DNA of 64,000 nt from Chrysomallon squamiferum (lineage: Eukaryota > Animalia > Mollusca). The position numbers were made by a program, and so were the translations under genes. A model generated the notes under the pieces. It saw only the letters and a program-made list of their open reading frames with translations, was not told where the DNA came from and searched no databases. The DNA is taken from positions 14,756,001 to 14,820,000 of the forward strand of contig CM022669.1 of the NCBI GenBank assembly GCA_012295275.1. Direction: 5' to 3'. This document shows positions 41,412-56,255 of this stretch, one piece after another (within the stretch, counting starts at the first letter, position 1; each line of letters opens with the position of its first letter).

Positions 41412-43240
41412 AATATATTATATATATATATATAATACAAATAGTATACAATTACATAATTATTACAGAAGAATTTTTGATCTATTCAAATCAGCTTTAT
41501 TAATAACATAAAAAAAAAAATAAAAACTGTTATTAATTTTTTCAAAAAATATAAAGCTTTAATATATTAATATATTTGGCGATGGTAGAACAGTCAAATT
41601 CTAAATACTTTTATGGTTATAGATTTTCTGTATAAAAAAAAGCACTTAATAATAATAATAATATAAGATTACGAAAATTAATCAGTTTTGTTTTAAAAGT
41701 CAGACAGTATCATACGTTTATTATATTCACTCTTTTATTTTTTTATTTTTTATCTCCATTGCTTATGAACGGTAATAGTCTTGACTTAGACCTTGACCTA
41801 TATTTAGAAAAGTATTTTAGCCATTTTAGTAAATAAGGAAAACCACATTTCTGTCTGAATAAAAAACACAAAACAATGCTGTATTTGTAACACGTGGTGG
41901 AACATGAAGGATTTCAAAAGGTTTCTTTTAGCGATGTCTTGCATCTTGTAACAATGAATATGAGGACATGTTTGCGTTTTCTAATGTAAAAATTCCGGGT
42001 TCGTGCTGCGTTCTAAATACACACCGGAAAAGTTCCCAGTATGAACCGAACTAAGATATGTCAAAGAAAAACAGATTTCCAGACAAGAAAAAATAAAAAA
42101 TAAAAAAAAAATAACAGAAAGAAGGAGAATGGAAGATCTATTATAAACATCTGATATTAGAACATTCCTTACATAAACCGAAATAATTAAATGAATACTG
42201 AAAGTGCTTTTGTCTTGAGGTAATGCATACTAAGCAGGAACAAGAGTTACGTCATCTGCAGCATCATCTCTGCCATTACCATCAATAACAACTGCTACAA
42301 CTGCTACTTCTTTTGTGATTATTATCATTTAAACCGTTTTATTAATGATAACTGTGGGATTTATTTCACCACAGTCCTTATAATTATCGCTATCATCAGT
42401 ATCATCATCATCACTGTCCTATTATTATTATTTGTTTCTTTTCTTTTTGTTTTGTTTTGTTTTGTTTGTTGTTGACCAAATTTACACAGTCTGTTGTTAG
42501 CCTGCAATATCTAACAGTCATCTCTTGAGTTCCACTGTAATCGTAATATCAAAAACAACTTACAGCAAATTTAAATTCGTCACAGTATCGTGACCACTTT
42601 TTATTACATTCAGAAAGGTTACCAGGTCCACTTCAGAAATATCTAATAACAGTTTTTCACCTATTACCATGGAAACAGATCATTTTGATATTTCTTGTTT
42701 CTCTAAAAAAAAAAAAAAAAAAAAAAAAAAGTATTTTCTTCTTTTTCGAACAGGTAACTATAGACAGTTTTACCTGTCACAGACAAAATTTACATGTCAA
42801 CAACATTCTGGCTTTACATATGCGTACTAAACGCTCTTTCTCTCGAACGCACTGTGTCTGAGTGTTTGCTGTAAATCTGTCTGTGTGTGTACAAACCCTA
42901 TAGGACTCCCATTCAATGGGTGGTGGGTTTTTTTTAATATAATTTAATTACCCCGCGCAGCAGAAAGCGAATTCGTAATGCTGAGGACATTAAAATATCA
43001 CGGGCATTTCAAACTGACTAACACCAGTCAAAAGAAACAGGCGCAACAGAATGACCGTTGCAGGTAACGCGCATTTTATGCATGTAATGAAGTGTTGTGT
43101 TTATGAAGACGTGGCATGTGGCATGTTTCAGTAGAATGAAGAATTGAGACATGTCAGAAGAGTTCAAGAGTGAATGATAATAAATAGTTCAAGCGAATAA
43201 AGTGTGTAATTTGTTATATTGAACAGTCTGTATTAGTCTA

Positions 43241-43242
<2 letters not shown>

Positions 43243-43307
<65 letters not shown>

Positions 43308-43467
43308 TTCTCTGTCTCTATCTGTCTCTCTCTATCTCTCTCTGTCTCTCTCTGTCTCTTTCACTCTCTCTCTGTCTTTCTCTGTGTGTGTGCTGATCAT
43401 TCTTCTTTCCCTCTTTATCTGTCTCTGTCTCTCTGTCCCTCTCTCTGTCCCTCTCTCTGTCTCTCTC
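43243..43467. repeat. (CT)n with degenerate (CTGT/CT) tail
   Basis: Directly visible. Confidence 0.93.
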
Positions 43468-44042
43468 AACGTCTTCAATAAAAAAATAAAAAAAAAAAGG
43501 AATAACAACCAGACGATAAAATAAGCACGGTCCTCATTTTCTACAAATGTTATTTTAAATTATTTTATTTATGAAGATTAATGGCAGAAAAGAAAAATCT
43601 ACGGATATGCACACAAAAATATATACACACTCTCTTACATCATTATGTTGTGTTCACTTACACAGTTACCAATAAATGCATATATACACATACACAAATA
43701 TACAGGTACGTATTATATATATATATATATATATATACATACGTACGTATTATATTTGTGTGTATATATATATATACACACACACATACATACACACATA
43801 CATAAAACAAGCATACATACATACAAAAAACAATATGCAAACACATACACATATAATCCACATGAAAACACATATAACTTATCTTTCCTCGTTATCAAAT
43901 ATATCTTTTTTTGAAGTTGTTTTAATAAATGTATTTCACTGCTAGGTATTCAGTAATCTGCCTTTGTTCCAAGACGTGTCTGGCAACCTAACATAAAACA
44001 TTAACGACTTCACTTTAATTGTCAGTCCCCACTTTTTACTTG

Positions 44043-44082
<40 letters not shown>

Positions 44083-44105
44083 AGCATACAAACACATGCA
44101 TACGC

Positions 44106-44166
44106 ATGTGTGTGTGTATGTATGTATGTATGTATGTATCTATGTATGTATGTATGTATGTATGTA

Positions 44167-44197
<31 letters not shown>

Positions 44198-44421
44198 ATG
44201 TATCTACGTATGTATGTATGTATGTGTGTGTGTTTGTATGTATGTATGTGTGTGTATGTATGTATGTGTGTATCTATGTATGTATGTATGTATGTATGTA
44301 TGTATGTATGTGTGTATGTGTGTGTGTATGTATGTATCTATGTATCTACGTATGTATGTATGTATGTATGTGTGTGTGTATGTGGGTATGTATGTATGTA
44401 TGTATGTGTGTGTATGTATGT
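44106..44421. repeat. (TATG/TG)n microsatellite
   Basis: Directly visible. Confidence 0.95.
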
Positions 44422-45517
44422 AAAAACTCAACATGTACTGCAGCTTTCCCAAAAGAACTGCGACCTGTGGTAACGACACTGCGAACAACAGCCATTGTGA
44501 GAGAGCTATGAAAGGATAGGTCTTTTTTTTTTTTTTTTCTCTTTTTTACAGCACTTTTTATTACGAGTGATTAAACATTATGTACGCTCTTAATGTGTGT
44601 CAGATAAGAAACAGAGGAGTGTGGTTAAGCGTTCACACCCAGGTAGCATAGTTTCCCAGTCGATGACAGCTTTTACTGCACACCTTGTGAAGACGTACAG
44701 CGAGCGAGCCGGCCATAAAGTTATTTGAGCTGAAGAGTTCAGAAAAGACAGTGCGCTATTGTAATAACCGCAGGGTCGTGGGATCGTGTCCCTGTACAAG
44801 ATGTTTATGCCCCCCGGTTGGGAAAAAAAACAATGTGTGGAAGATTTTTTTTAATTATTTTTTATTATTATTATTTATTAAAATGTTAAAAGGTATGTGA
44901 GTGTGTGTGCGTTTGTGTGTGTGTGTGTGGAAACTGTGTTGATAGAAAAATAAAGTGAATAGCGAATTGAGCCTCAACACACAGTTTTTATTTTATTATT
45001 ATTATTATTATTATTTTTTTTTTTTTTTTTAACGAAAAATGCTGTCCTTGCAAAGAAAGTGCTTGCGCTTTTTGACGTGTGGAACAGAATTTTTTGTCGT
45101 TATTTATCTCTGTACAGAGCACTGGAATGTTTGGAATTTGACGATCGCCTATTTGAAGATGTTTGCTTATGTAAGTGTTGTCATGAAATGCTTGACCTCG
45201 TTAGGACAGACAATGAAGAGAAAGACAGAAGGGGAAAACAAAATGAAAGAAGTCATGAAAGATAAGAAGAAAAAGAAAAAAAGCTAGAATGAAAGAAAAA
45301 TAGTAGAATGAAAACAAACATCCCTGAAGTCAAAGAAAGAGTGATAAAATGAAAAATGGAAAATTAGAAAGAAGGAAAGACAGATAAGAGGAAATAAAAG
45401 AAAGAATGAAGAGTAGAAGGAAAGAAAGACAGTGTGATGTACAGAAAAAGCCAAGAACGAAATATGGAATGAAAGACAAAAATCTAATTATGTATATATA
45501 TATATATATAAGAAAGG

Positions 45518-45558
<41 letters not shown>

Positions 45559-46682
45559 AGAAAGGTTTTAAGTAGATATGATCGCTATGCAATTTAATTA
45601 TTTTTACTGATTGTTCTAGATATAATGAAAGGAACGAAAAAATCAAGAAAGGAATAAAAACAGAATAAAAAACAAATAAAAAAATTAGATACCATCAGTA
45701 TGTAATTTAAATAATTTACAGATAGTTCCCATAAATACATTTATGCAAGTTTTTACTTTGAAATAAAGTTATAAAAATTTACTGCTTTTTGCAGAAGTAA
45801 AGAATTCACAAAACAAACAAAAAAATAAGTTTGTATATTAAAATTCCATCACGTTTTAGCTTTAAAAATAATGTTATAAGAAAATACTCTGTTGGTTGTT
45901 TTTTTCATTCAGCGCAGAAAGATGCGTAAAATAAACGTAACTTACGTTTTATTTTAACTACGAAATAATGTTTTAAAAAGTCGCTCTTCTTGTGCAGATG
46001 AACCACTCAGAAACGCAGTAATAAGAATCATTAAACTCATCTCCTTCAGGCTAAAGAAAAGGAAAAAAAAAAAAAAAAAATAGAATTATTTCATAAGTTT
46101 AGGCTTAATACTATCCAGTATTTATTTCCTTGTTAAAAGGTTGTAGCAAGATAAAAACTAAGGATGTTTTCCTGACTTCTTTCAATATTTCTTCTGAAGT
46201 TATAGCCCCAGGAAGGTTAGGCGTTTATATATTTTTTTTTTTTTGGCGAATAATAAGCGTCAAATGTACATCATTTATATTTTTCTTTGCATAATATTCT
46301 AAAAGCTTTTTCTTTCGCTTTCTTAAGAGTATTTACAATAACGGAATAAACCCGTTATCGAGAAAGAATAACAGAAAAAAACGGAAAGTAATTACATCCT
46401 TAGTTTAGTTTTAATGTGAAGAACACATAATCAGGAATACTTAGAATGTAAGAGGTAGGTATCATGTACTTGTTTACACAGATGATTAACTGTATTGCAA
46501 CACAGGCAGACCTTTCCACTTCACACTGGACTGTTCTGTTAAGTATTTCAGTGACTTACGACAAATGGGAGACAACTATTTATAATCAAACATAGGTAGT
46601 TTCTGTTACATGCGTGCGTGCGAATGTGTGTGTGTGTGTGTATGTATGTGTGTGCGTGTACTGTAAGAGAGAGAGAGGAAGA

Positions 46683-46685
<3 letters not shown>

Positions 46686-46762
<77 letters not shown>
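46686..46762. repeat. (AG)n microsatellite
   Basis: Directly visible. Confidence 0.97.
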
Positions 46763-46766
<4 letters not shown>

Positions 46767-47891
46767 GACTGAATGTGACACAAATTCAAAAATTTTAAAT
46801 AGTTTTTGTTTTTAATTTCAGACTTCACTGTGAAATGTTGCTGATCATTTTGTGTTTTCTGTTGCCGCTCGATTCTTTCAGCGAGAAGGTAAGTGCTTTT
46901 CTTCTTCTGGCGCTGAGTAATTACAAACCAAACAATGCTCAGTTGACTTGTACAGGCAACAAATATTATTCCTTACCGCCATATTTGTTCTCGATCTTAA
47001 TCAAACCTCGACATATAACTACTAATTTTTATATCTCTCTATCAGTCTGTTGGTGGGCTAGCTGTCTATCTGTCCATCCCTTTAACTGTCTGCCTGTCTC
47101 TACTTCTGAATGTCTGTTTCGTATCTCTCTTTCCAGTAAAATATCTGACTCCCTTTCTTTTTCTGTCTGTGTGTCTCTCTGTGTCTGTCGCTTTCTCTTA
47201 TTATTATATTTTCAATATATATTTATATATATTTGTGCACGTACTTTTTAGTACATACATACATACATACAATCAGAAAATATAAATTCACTAACTATAG
47301 AAATATTCTGTTGGTGTATCAGCATGTTTCGTTATTCGACACCTCGACTTGAACCTAATTTAAGAGATTTTGACAAACCAAAACACACTATAAGACAGAT
47401 CCTGAGGCTAATCAAGAAAACCAAACAACCACAGAATATTCCAGGAATGCGAATGAATGTTGGGTGGTAGAAAAAATTCAAAAAAAAAAAAAAAAAAATA
47501 GTTTCAAGAATATTTAAAGCGATGTACTTTAAACTAAACATTCTTTGCATTTGTGATATCTTTTTAAATTTTTAAATAATTTTTTTTGGGGGGATAATTC
47601 TGTTGAAGATTGATTTATTAAAGACATCACCAGTAACTTGAACAGTTTATCCAGAAGAGTGAGCGTGTTGTTCTGTGGTAAGAGAAAAGTTCTCAAACTT
47701 GGCAATTTGTCATATAAGTTATTTTCAATGTGTCCTGTACAGGTACATTTTTGTGTACACTAAGTAAGGTTCAAACAGAAGATTTATTGCTGCTAATAGT
47801 TTTTACTTCCTTATCATTAATATGTTGTTTTTTTTTTTTCAAATTTAATCATTAAAAGATGCTAAACGTATTTCAGATCCAACCATAAAAA

Positions 47892-47925
<34 letters not shown>

Positions 47926-47956
47926 GAAGAAGAAGAAGAAGAAGAAGAAAAAAGAA

Positions 47957-47989
<33 letters not shown>

Positions 47990-48479
47990 AAATTTTCCAC
48001 CAAACTAGCTTTGCATATAGAATACAGTACAATGTCTGTCCCACTATGAGGATAAGGATTATTTTTCTGTTGCCTTCAATATTTATTACTTTGAATAAAG
48101 CAGGGTTTTGTTTTTTTTTTCCTCTTTTTTATGAATTTGACTCTTAGACAAACAGGTAAGAGTTATTATTCAGATCGTCTGACGTGATTGATAGAGACAC
48201 CAATCTGAACTTTATTCCGACAGTCAAGCCTACGTTGATATCCCCGCCGCTTTCTAAATGCACCTCTGCTTGCCAACAGCCAGGTTGAAAAACAGGTACA
48301 GGACAGAGCAAATAAAATGACAGTCTTGTGCACACATTGTTACCGAGTTTTTGGCAGCGAGGGAACAACAATACTGTCACGCTATATCTGCAGTGTCAGC
48401 TAACTCCATGAGACTCAAAGAAAGCATTGTATTAGATAGAGTGGGATTTTTTTATTTTTTTTTTATTTTTTTTTTTTTA

Positions 48480-48985
48480 ACTGTTTTCGTTAGATGATTA
48501 CTATACGGACAAGGAAGATCTGGTTTTATGACATTATCTCAAAAGCAGATACGCGGAAGGCCGGAAAGTTTATAAGTTTAGACTAATGGCGAATGATCAG
48601 TGAATAACGAGAAAGACAGTAATTACCTTCTGAAACCGATAATGCACTGTTTTTATTAGCCGATTACGATTCATGCACGGAAAGATCGGTTTTAATTAGT
48701 ATAAAGATAATAGCAAACATGTGCAAGACAGCAAAGGCAGTTATTTGTAAGTTTAGACTAATGGTGAATAAGCAACAAAGAATGAGAAAGACAATAATTA
48801 ATTTCTGTAACCGATAATGTACTTTTCGTTAGCTGATTATGATATGTACAGTACAGTTATATTTTTTTATAATTATTATTATCTCAAAGACGCCCAGTTA
48901 TTTATCTTACAAGAATAGACTAATGAGATAAGTAATAAGAACGAGAAGGACAAATAATTACGTTCTATAACCGGTAATGACTTAA
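48480..48985. repeat. Diverged tandem repeat, ~162-175 bp unit, about 3 copies
   Basis: TAGACTAATG at 48579, 48754 and 48916, each followed by GAGAA(A/G)GACA..TAATTA..TTCT..AACCG(A/G)TAATG. Confidence 0.85.
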
Positions 48986-50015
48986 CTATAATGAATGGTG
49001 TACAATTTTAGTTTTGTATTTACGAAACTACAGAAAGTACAGAAAGTTTTCAGTGTTTTTTAAAAGCCCTCAAATTCTCCCATTATTTAACTGTTAGAAA
49101 ACTGCATTGTCATGTTAAGAAATACATTTAGATTAGTTATGCTTTACAGTTTGATTTGTTATCAAAGTAATTAAAGGTGCCGACTGGTAATTTAAATGAT
49201 TAGTTTAATTTTCTGCAATAACGATTCTCTTATATAAGGTATGCGTTTTAAAAAATTATTATTTGCGTTTAAAATGGACATTTTATATCGCAGATGTGTT
49301 TAAATTCACATATCTATTGATTCATTTCAATTATGTATGTTTACGTTTTTATAATATATATATTTTTTGTTATGTCCAATTTACCTTGAGTTCGTGTGCT
49401 GTACTACTCGAATCACTGCGGATGAACACGCTCGAACAAGAGCGACGCCAGATGTGGGTGTTGATTGTTACTCACCCACCAACAGTTCCGCCTTGCAAAA
49501 CAATTGGACAATGAGCGAGCCATTCTTATGCATTGTTATCAACCTTTGAAAAAGATTTGTAAAACTTTAGTATCTGTTCCTCAAGTTGACCATTGAGAAC
49601 TTATTCGAAATAATTTTACACATCATAAACACCTTTTGAAAAGGTGGCGTGAACAGCGCGAAGGGTTGTTCAAAACGCGATGAATGCCCGAGTTTCAAGA
49701 GTGTTTTCTCAAGCACATTTCCAAACAGTGTCATTTTTGTACCGGCCAGTTCACCCGTTCCAGACCTTGTCCAAATGTTCGGTATCCCTTAAGGCCAATG
49801 TTTTCGTTTATCTTGTCTGTCAGAATTCAATTATTTGAAATTATTTATTCGATTCCAGGCTACGCGAATCCGGTGATCCCAGTCAACAGTTCAAACACCG
49901 GGTGTCGTTTCTCCACCCGTAATAAAATATTTCAGTATTCCATATATTTTTTCGCCTGTAATATAATTCTTTATAAATGATCTCTCTGTGTGTGTGTATG
50001 TGTGTTGCTCACTGT

Positions 50016-50115
<100 letters not shown>

Positions 50116-51956
50116 CATTGCTTCTCTGCATGAAAGTTAAAGAACACAGTAAACTGACAATGTTGCTATTACTATCATTTGATATAAAAAAACGAAAAAT
50201 ATTACATTAGATGCATTCATTCTTCTTCTTCTTCTTCTTGTCGGGTTTCGTTTATTTCACTCATTGACATAAATCACATACTTTTATTCTTTCTTATCAA
50301 AAACAGAAAATATATACACATGTGCACGTGTACCAGAGAGGACAAGGACAACGAAACAGCACGACAAGTAAAATAACGTGTGCATGTATTTGGTGTATCG
50401 GACCCGACCGTTAACAAACGTCCTGCCTGCCTTACGAGCTCGGTTGGGGCGGATTAACATGTCGCACCTGCTTTGTATTGAGTTACCGTTCTACCTGCTC
50501 GTCAAATAAAACTCCACCGAGACAGAGTTAGCGCTTGTGTCGGCAGTGGCCGTCAAACACGCTCCAGTACAAAATGGCCGTAGTCCGATACTTTGTCACG
50601 TGGTTGGATTTCAAGCAGCGCCGTCTCCTGGCTGTGCAAATTAATGTTGTTAATGTGTGAAAATACGACGTTAGAGACGTGAACAAAAAAAAAAAAAAGA
50701 AAAGAAAAGATAAGAAGTAGTTAATAAATTAGTTATCGAATAACGGGTCGTTTAAGCACAGCATAAAATGGCTGATTGTGTTGACAGTTTGTTTGAATTA
50801 GTCTAGTATAATAGTTTGCAAGGAAACCTGCATTTTTTATATTTTATTATTATTATTATTATTATTTTTTTTTTTTCAGTTTATGGTTAAATTACTGCTT
50901 TTCTATGGGGAATGTTTATTATTATTATTATTATCATCTAATATTATTACTATCATCATTATTTTTTTATGTTTTTTTTATTTGGCGTTTTAAACATGAC
51001 TAGACATACTTTGAATTTTTTATGTTAAACAAATATATAAAGTTCAAAACCAGAATAAACAAATCGTGATATTTTTACTTACATTTATCTAAAATTTAAC
51101 AGGCGTGCGTGTGTTTTTGTGTGCGCATTGTGTATGTTTGCATATTGTACGTGTGATAAAAAAAACAAAAAACCCCACAAAACAACTTACAGCAAAAAAA
51201 TCATCATTTTAACGAGAAACCGACTGACGCGTTCAGATATGAAGAAAACACGTACATGATTATTATTATATTATTACATTACGCAACTGTACATTCAGGT
51301 GAAATTACCACCAGCGTCAGACAATTCAAATAATTACTTGTACGTTGTTTTATTTTTAAACCAATTTGAAAACACCATCTCTCTAGGAGAGAGTTAATGC
51401 TACGCAAATCGACTATATTTTATCATTTTAACTTTATATATTTGTATCACCACATACACGGTATCAGACAATGAACGCGTGAATCAACAGCTCCGGTGAA
51501 CCGTGAGATAACCCGTTTTAATTTAATTAGCTACATTATGTGACTTATCTACAGAAATATGTTACGTAACTTCAACAACAGAGAGAGAGGCTGTGACCGG
51601 AATAACAGTTATTTTTTCACATCTCGCGTTTATTTTATTTTTGATTTATTTATTTATTTTTTTATTGTTGTTGGTTTTTTTTTTTTTTTTTTTTGAGGGT
51701 TTTTTGGGGGTTCGTTTGTTTGTTTGTTTGTTTGTTTTTATCTTCCTTTTCGGGTTTTTTCTCTCCATTTGTTATTTTGTTCCTTTTTTTAACTGAAAGA
51801 AAAACAAATACAAAATGAATGTTCTGTATCGTGTGTTAAATTCTCTGACGCAGTTTAAAATAGACGAAGGAAACAATAAGAATTTTTTTCTTGTTTGTTT
51901 TTAGAAATATAGCTATAATGATAATAAAATTAAAAAAACCCAGTTAAAAACAACTG

Positions 51957-52011
<55 letters not shown>

Positions 52012-53129
52012 GATGATGATAACTATAATAATACCTTTTTTAACTTTTCTACACATGAACTGATAACAAGACAAGAAAAAATTAATGAGAGTGTAGACAA
52101 GGTCTTATTTTAGAATTGTACTTTTTAGCAAGAACAAAAACATTCACACACACAAGAACAAAACATCAAACATGCAAACACACATATTTGAGTATAATTT
52201 TTTTTATTTATATTTTTTCCACTTGCTTCACGCTGCCACTCTGTCGATTCTTCTACAAGTAAAAAAATATAACCAAGAATCAAAGAGAACGTAGAAAGTA
52301 TCTTATTTTTGTCGACTATTCGGATTATGATGGAACACCTCTACAGATAAACAAGAGATAAAAACAACACGATTTTTTCACAACCTTACAATCACAGTTT
52401 ACACAGCTTCAGCATTTCAAAACAGAAATGATACACGAATTTTATTTTATTTAGAAGTGTAGAAAAAAATAATCTTTCTATTCTGTCTACACTTTTCAGC
52501 TTAATCGTAACCACATCCCGGTACATATCTCTGATATTAAATTTAAAAGGAACGAGAGAAAGGAGTTGGGAAAAGCAGGCCTTGATGGGAATGCCTAGTT
52601 TGATTCCTTTGCTTTTAAATTTACTGTTAGTGTATCCATAATTGTAATTAACTTACGAGCACGGGCCGGCTTCTTCGTTATAATTATTTTCCTGCATTTG
52701 TTTCAAGTCGGATCGTATATAACAGATTTCTGGCAGGTGAGTGACATACATAAGAAGGGCGGGGTAATATTTTTCATATATCACGGATATACGTTTCATA
52801 GGGGAATTTACACATGGGTGTAATTTTTACGGCGTGTAATAATCGCCAGGGCACATGTAGTAAGAAAAGCAAACACAAAATAACGAAGACCATGTTACGA
52901 GAAAAATAATAGTATCTTTTTTCTTCTTCTTTTTTTCTTATAGCCTATATGCTTAACAAAGAAATAATGGAAATATGACACATCCAGCTAAAAAAAAAAA
53001 AAAAAAAATTAATAGATATAAAGATAAGTAAAAGAGCATTTTTTATTTAATAAATAAATGAAAATTAACTTCTTTTGGTCTTAATTCTTTGAACTTTGTA
53101 ATAGAAACAGTTCTGCATTTCTTTATTTT

Positions 53130-53130
<1 letters not shown>

Positions 53131-53191
<61 letters not shown>
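53131..53191. repeat. (CT)30 microsatellite
   Basis: Directly visible. Confidence 0.97.
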
Positions 53192-53194
<3 letters not shown>

Positions 53195-54170
53195 ATGAAA
53201 AATAATAGCTCTGATTTAAAAACATATTTTTAAAAACATTTTTTTTTTTTTTTTTACTGGCGGATTTATTAAGTGATTACGAGTCAGGTGTCTCGTGTAA
53301 AATAATTTGAAACGCTTGATGACAGCCTTCAGCCTTTCCTGACGATTTTTATTTTCTTTGGGGCCAGAAAAGTCTCACTTGTAGAGATAGAACACACCGA
53401 GGTTGAGTCACAAGTTAGGCTGATAACCCACGCTGCTGATACGTAGGAAACAGCATCCGCATATCACATGCTAACTTGTTGATATAATTTTATCTCTGTT
53501 CATGATCCGTAAACGAACTCAATAAATATTATTAGCATGTAAATAAAAAGTATTTCTCCGGTTAGTCCAGGTTAAACACTTGAATATTTTTCATTGATAT
53601 TCCTTCGTTATTCTTTTTTGATTTATCAAGAACGTATTTCTGAATTTCACAAAACAAAAAACAAAAATGGCGGATGCGTCCAAAACAAAAATGCTCACAT
53701 GGCTGTTTATCCGATACCGTTATTGTGGAAATGTAAATTATGTTAGACCCATAATATTCACGTCTGCTCAGAAATGACAAGCGTAATGCCATAAGTGTTT
53801 ATGTTAAGCCAGGAATTTGATAATTTTATTCAATATTTACATTTCCGTTGCATTAATTTTAGACAATCGCTTTGACATTTTGAAACGTGCCTAAGCGACT
53901 TTGTTATTTGCCTGTCTTACCTTACATTAGACGATCCTTATTACTCTTATCTCGCCTTTTCACTGTAAAGTGTTTCCTGTTACAGAAAAAAAAAAAAAAA
54001 AAAAAGAGAGGTAATAAAGTCCAACGATTTATTAGCACAAGACATGATATTGAAACTGTTTAAGAAACGCTATTTCTGTGTTAAACCGCCATGTCCTGAT
54101 AGCCAACAAGAGTACGGTTAGGAGGCCTGTTCACTAAGACATTTTTTTTTTTTTTTTTAACACAGGCTAT

Positions 54171-54174
<4 letters not shown>

Positions 54175-54259
<85 letters not shown>
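54175..54259. repeat. (TC)n microsatellite
   Basis: Directly visible. Confidence 0.97.
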
Positions 54260-54264
<5 letters not shown>

Positions 54265-55339
54265 AGTAGGCATCTTTAAAATGTTTGTTTTGGTAGGCTA
54301 AAGAGTTCCCGTGATTCTGTTCGGTGGTTTTTCCTTACTCCCTGTTTCAGAGCCAACAAAAGCAGTTCAGAACGTCTTCATAGGTGTTTTCATAGACCTG
54401 GTCGATGGGTATTTTCTTGTACGCTTTCAGCGGTTCATTAGCATTAACAAGAAATACTTCAAAAAAAAATCAAAATACTTCAGAAACGTTCGAGTTTGTA
54501 TAACAGTTAATATATGCACAGATATGTGCAATGATTTTGCATAAGTCCATAATGTATATTTTTCTGTTTTTGTGTTGTGTATGCTACAGTAATTATAATT
54601 TTAATATTGGTATGTAATTATAATTATGATTGTGTGTTTATATGCTTATGTGTGTGGGTTTGTTGTGTACATGTGTGTATAAATACGTGTATGTATGTAT
54701 ATATATATATATATACATATATGGTACAACATATACATGTATATATATATATATTAGTGAATAGGTATATGTATATGAACACGTTTTAACAATACACGTA
54801 ATAATATATTCATATATGTACCGCCTCTATAAGCTGATGAGATGAGTATCTTGTTGACGAATGAATTATTTGGGTTATTTTAGCTATGCGCTTTCAACTT
54901 AACGTGCATTATATCATACTCCTCATTTAATTACAACGAAACACGATTTCATGGCGTTCATAGAGTGGCATATCGGACTTGAAAATGTGCCATCTTTTCA
55001 ACACTGCAAAATAAATCACCTCATCACAAAGGTGTCTAATGTTGCCGTCAACAAGCCGTAATTTTATAAGACCGATGTATAATCAGAAATATTTCGTTAT
55101 TCAGAATTGTCTCGTTATCTGTTATGCAAGATACTTATTAAATAACGTTATATGCCTGAGTTATCACTTTTCAGATCTGTCTGTCGCCTGTAATTTTTAT
55201 ACTTTCTTTTTCTTTTTTCAAATCTGTCAATAGATAAAATATTTGACTTTATATGTACATATAATTATATAGCAAAAATGGCATTAAGATTCAGCCTACA
55301 TGCAATCAGATGAATGTGTGTAGAATATTTTCACTTGCG

Positions 55340-55597
55340 TAACCACATACACTATTACTACAGCTACAGCTATTAGCATTATTACTATCACAACTAGTAC
55401 TGTTGCTACTACAGCTGCTACTACTACTACTACAACAACAACTACTACTATTATGACCACGACATATATTATTGCAACAACTACAACAACACCTACTACT
55501 TTTACAAACACTATCACTACAACTATAGTAACAACAACACCTACTGCTGCCACCACTACTACAACCATTACCACTACTGCAGCTACTACAATCACCA
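55340..55597. repeat. Degenerate (ACT/ACA)n trinucleotide tract
   Basis: Directly visible. Confidence 0.85.
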
Positions 55598-56255
55598 TAT
55601 GTGCATGATGAATATTTTTTTTTTTATTAAACTTTTGCAGATCATTTCATATTACTTTCGCGGAAAATACTTTCTGCAATATTCATTTGTCATTTGTCTT
55701 TTTTTCTTTCTTTTTTTTGCCATTGACATAAAAAAAAAAAAAAAAAAAAAACAGAACCAAAAAAAAAATATAAATTTTGATAATATCTTTGTTACTTTCT
55801 AGTCTTCTGTCGACCTCGTGTTGTTTGTCTTTTGACGATCTGCCCGCTTTTTTCACGCAATCGTTAACAGACGCGCTGAAAATAATCACAATGAAAATGT
55901 CAGTAGGAGAAAAGAAAAATCAAGACCTATCTCCATATATATGTTTAAAAAAAAAAAAAATTAAATAAATAAATTATAAGACAACCTTACTGCTTTAAGC
56001 ATGGTTAGCTCATTAACATATTTCAAATGGTTTAGCGGTGTCTTACTGAAAGAATTCACATCCACGTATGACACATCATCTATACGAGTGGGTGGGGGGG
56101 TAGATACGTTGTCTGCGAAGAAATGAGCACGTCTCGTTTTTATTTATTTATTTTTTTATTTTACCGAGGATAGTGAGAAAAGAGATTGCGTCGATTAAAC
56201 AGGAATCTCCCGGTGTGATTTCTGAATGCGTCTATAACTCAACACGACAAATAAA

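Noticed and set aside
52708-52736. SRIVYNRFLA resembling the 4E-BP motif RIIYDRKFL
   Set aside because: Spacing does not fit YxxxxL-phi and the upstream TTPGGT motif is absent.
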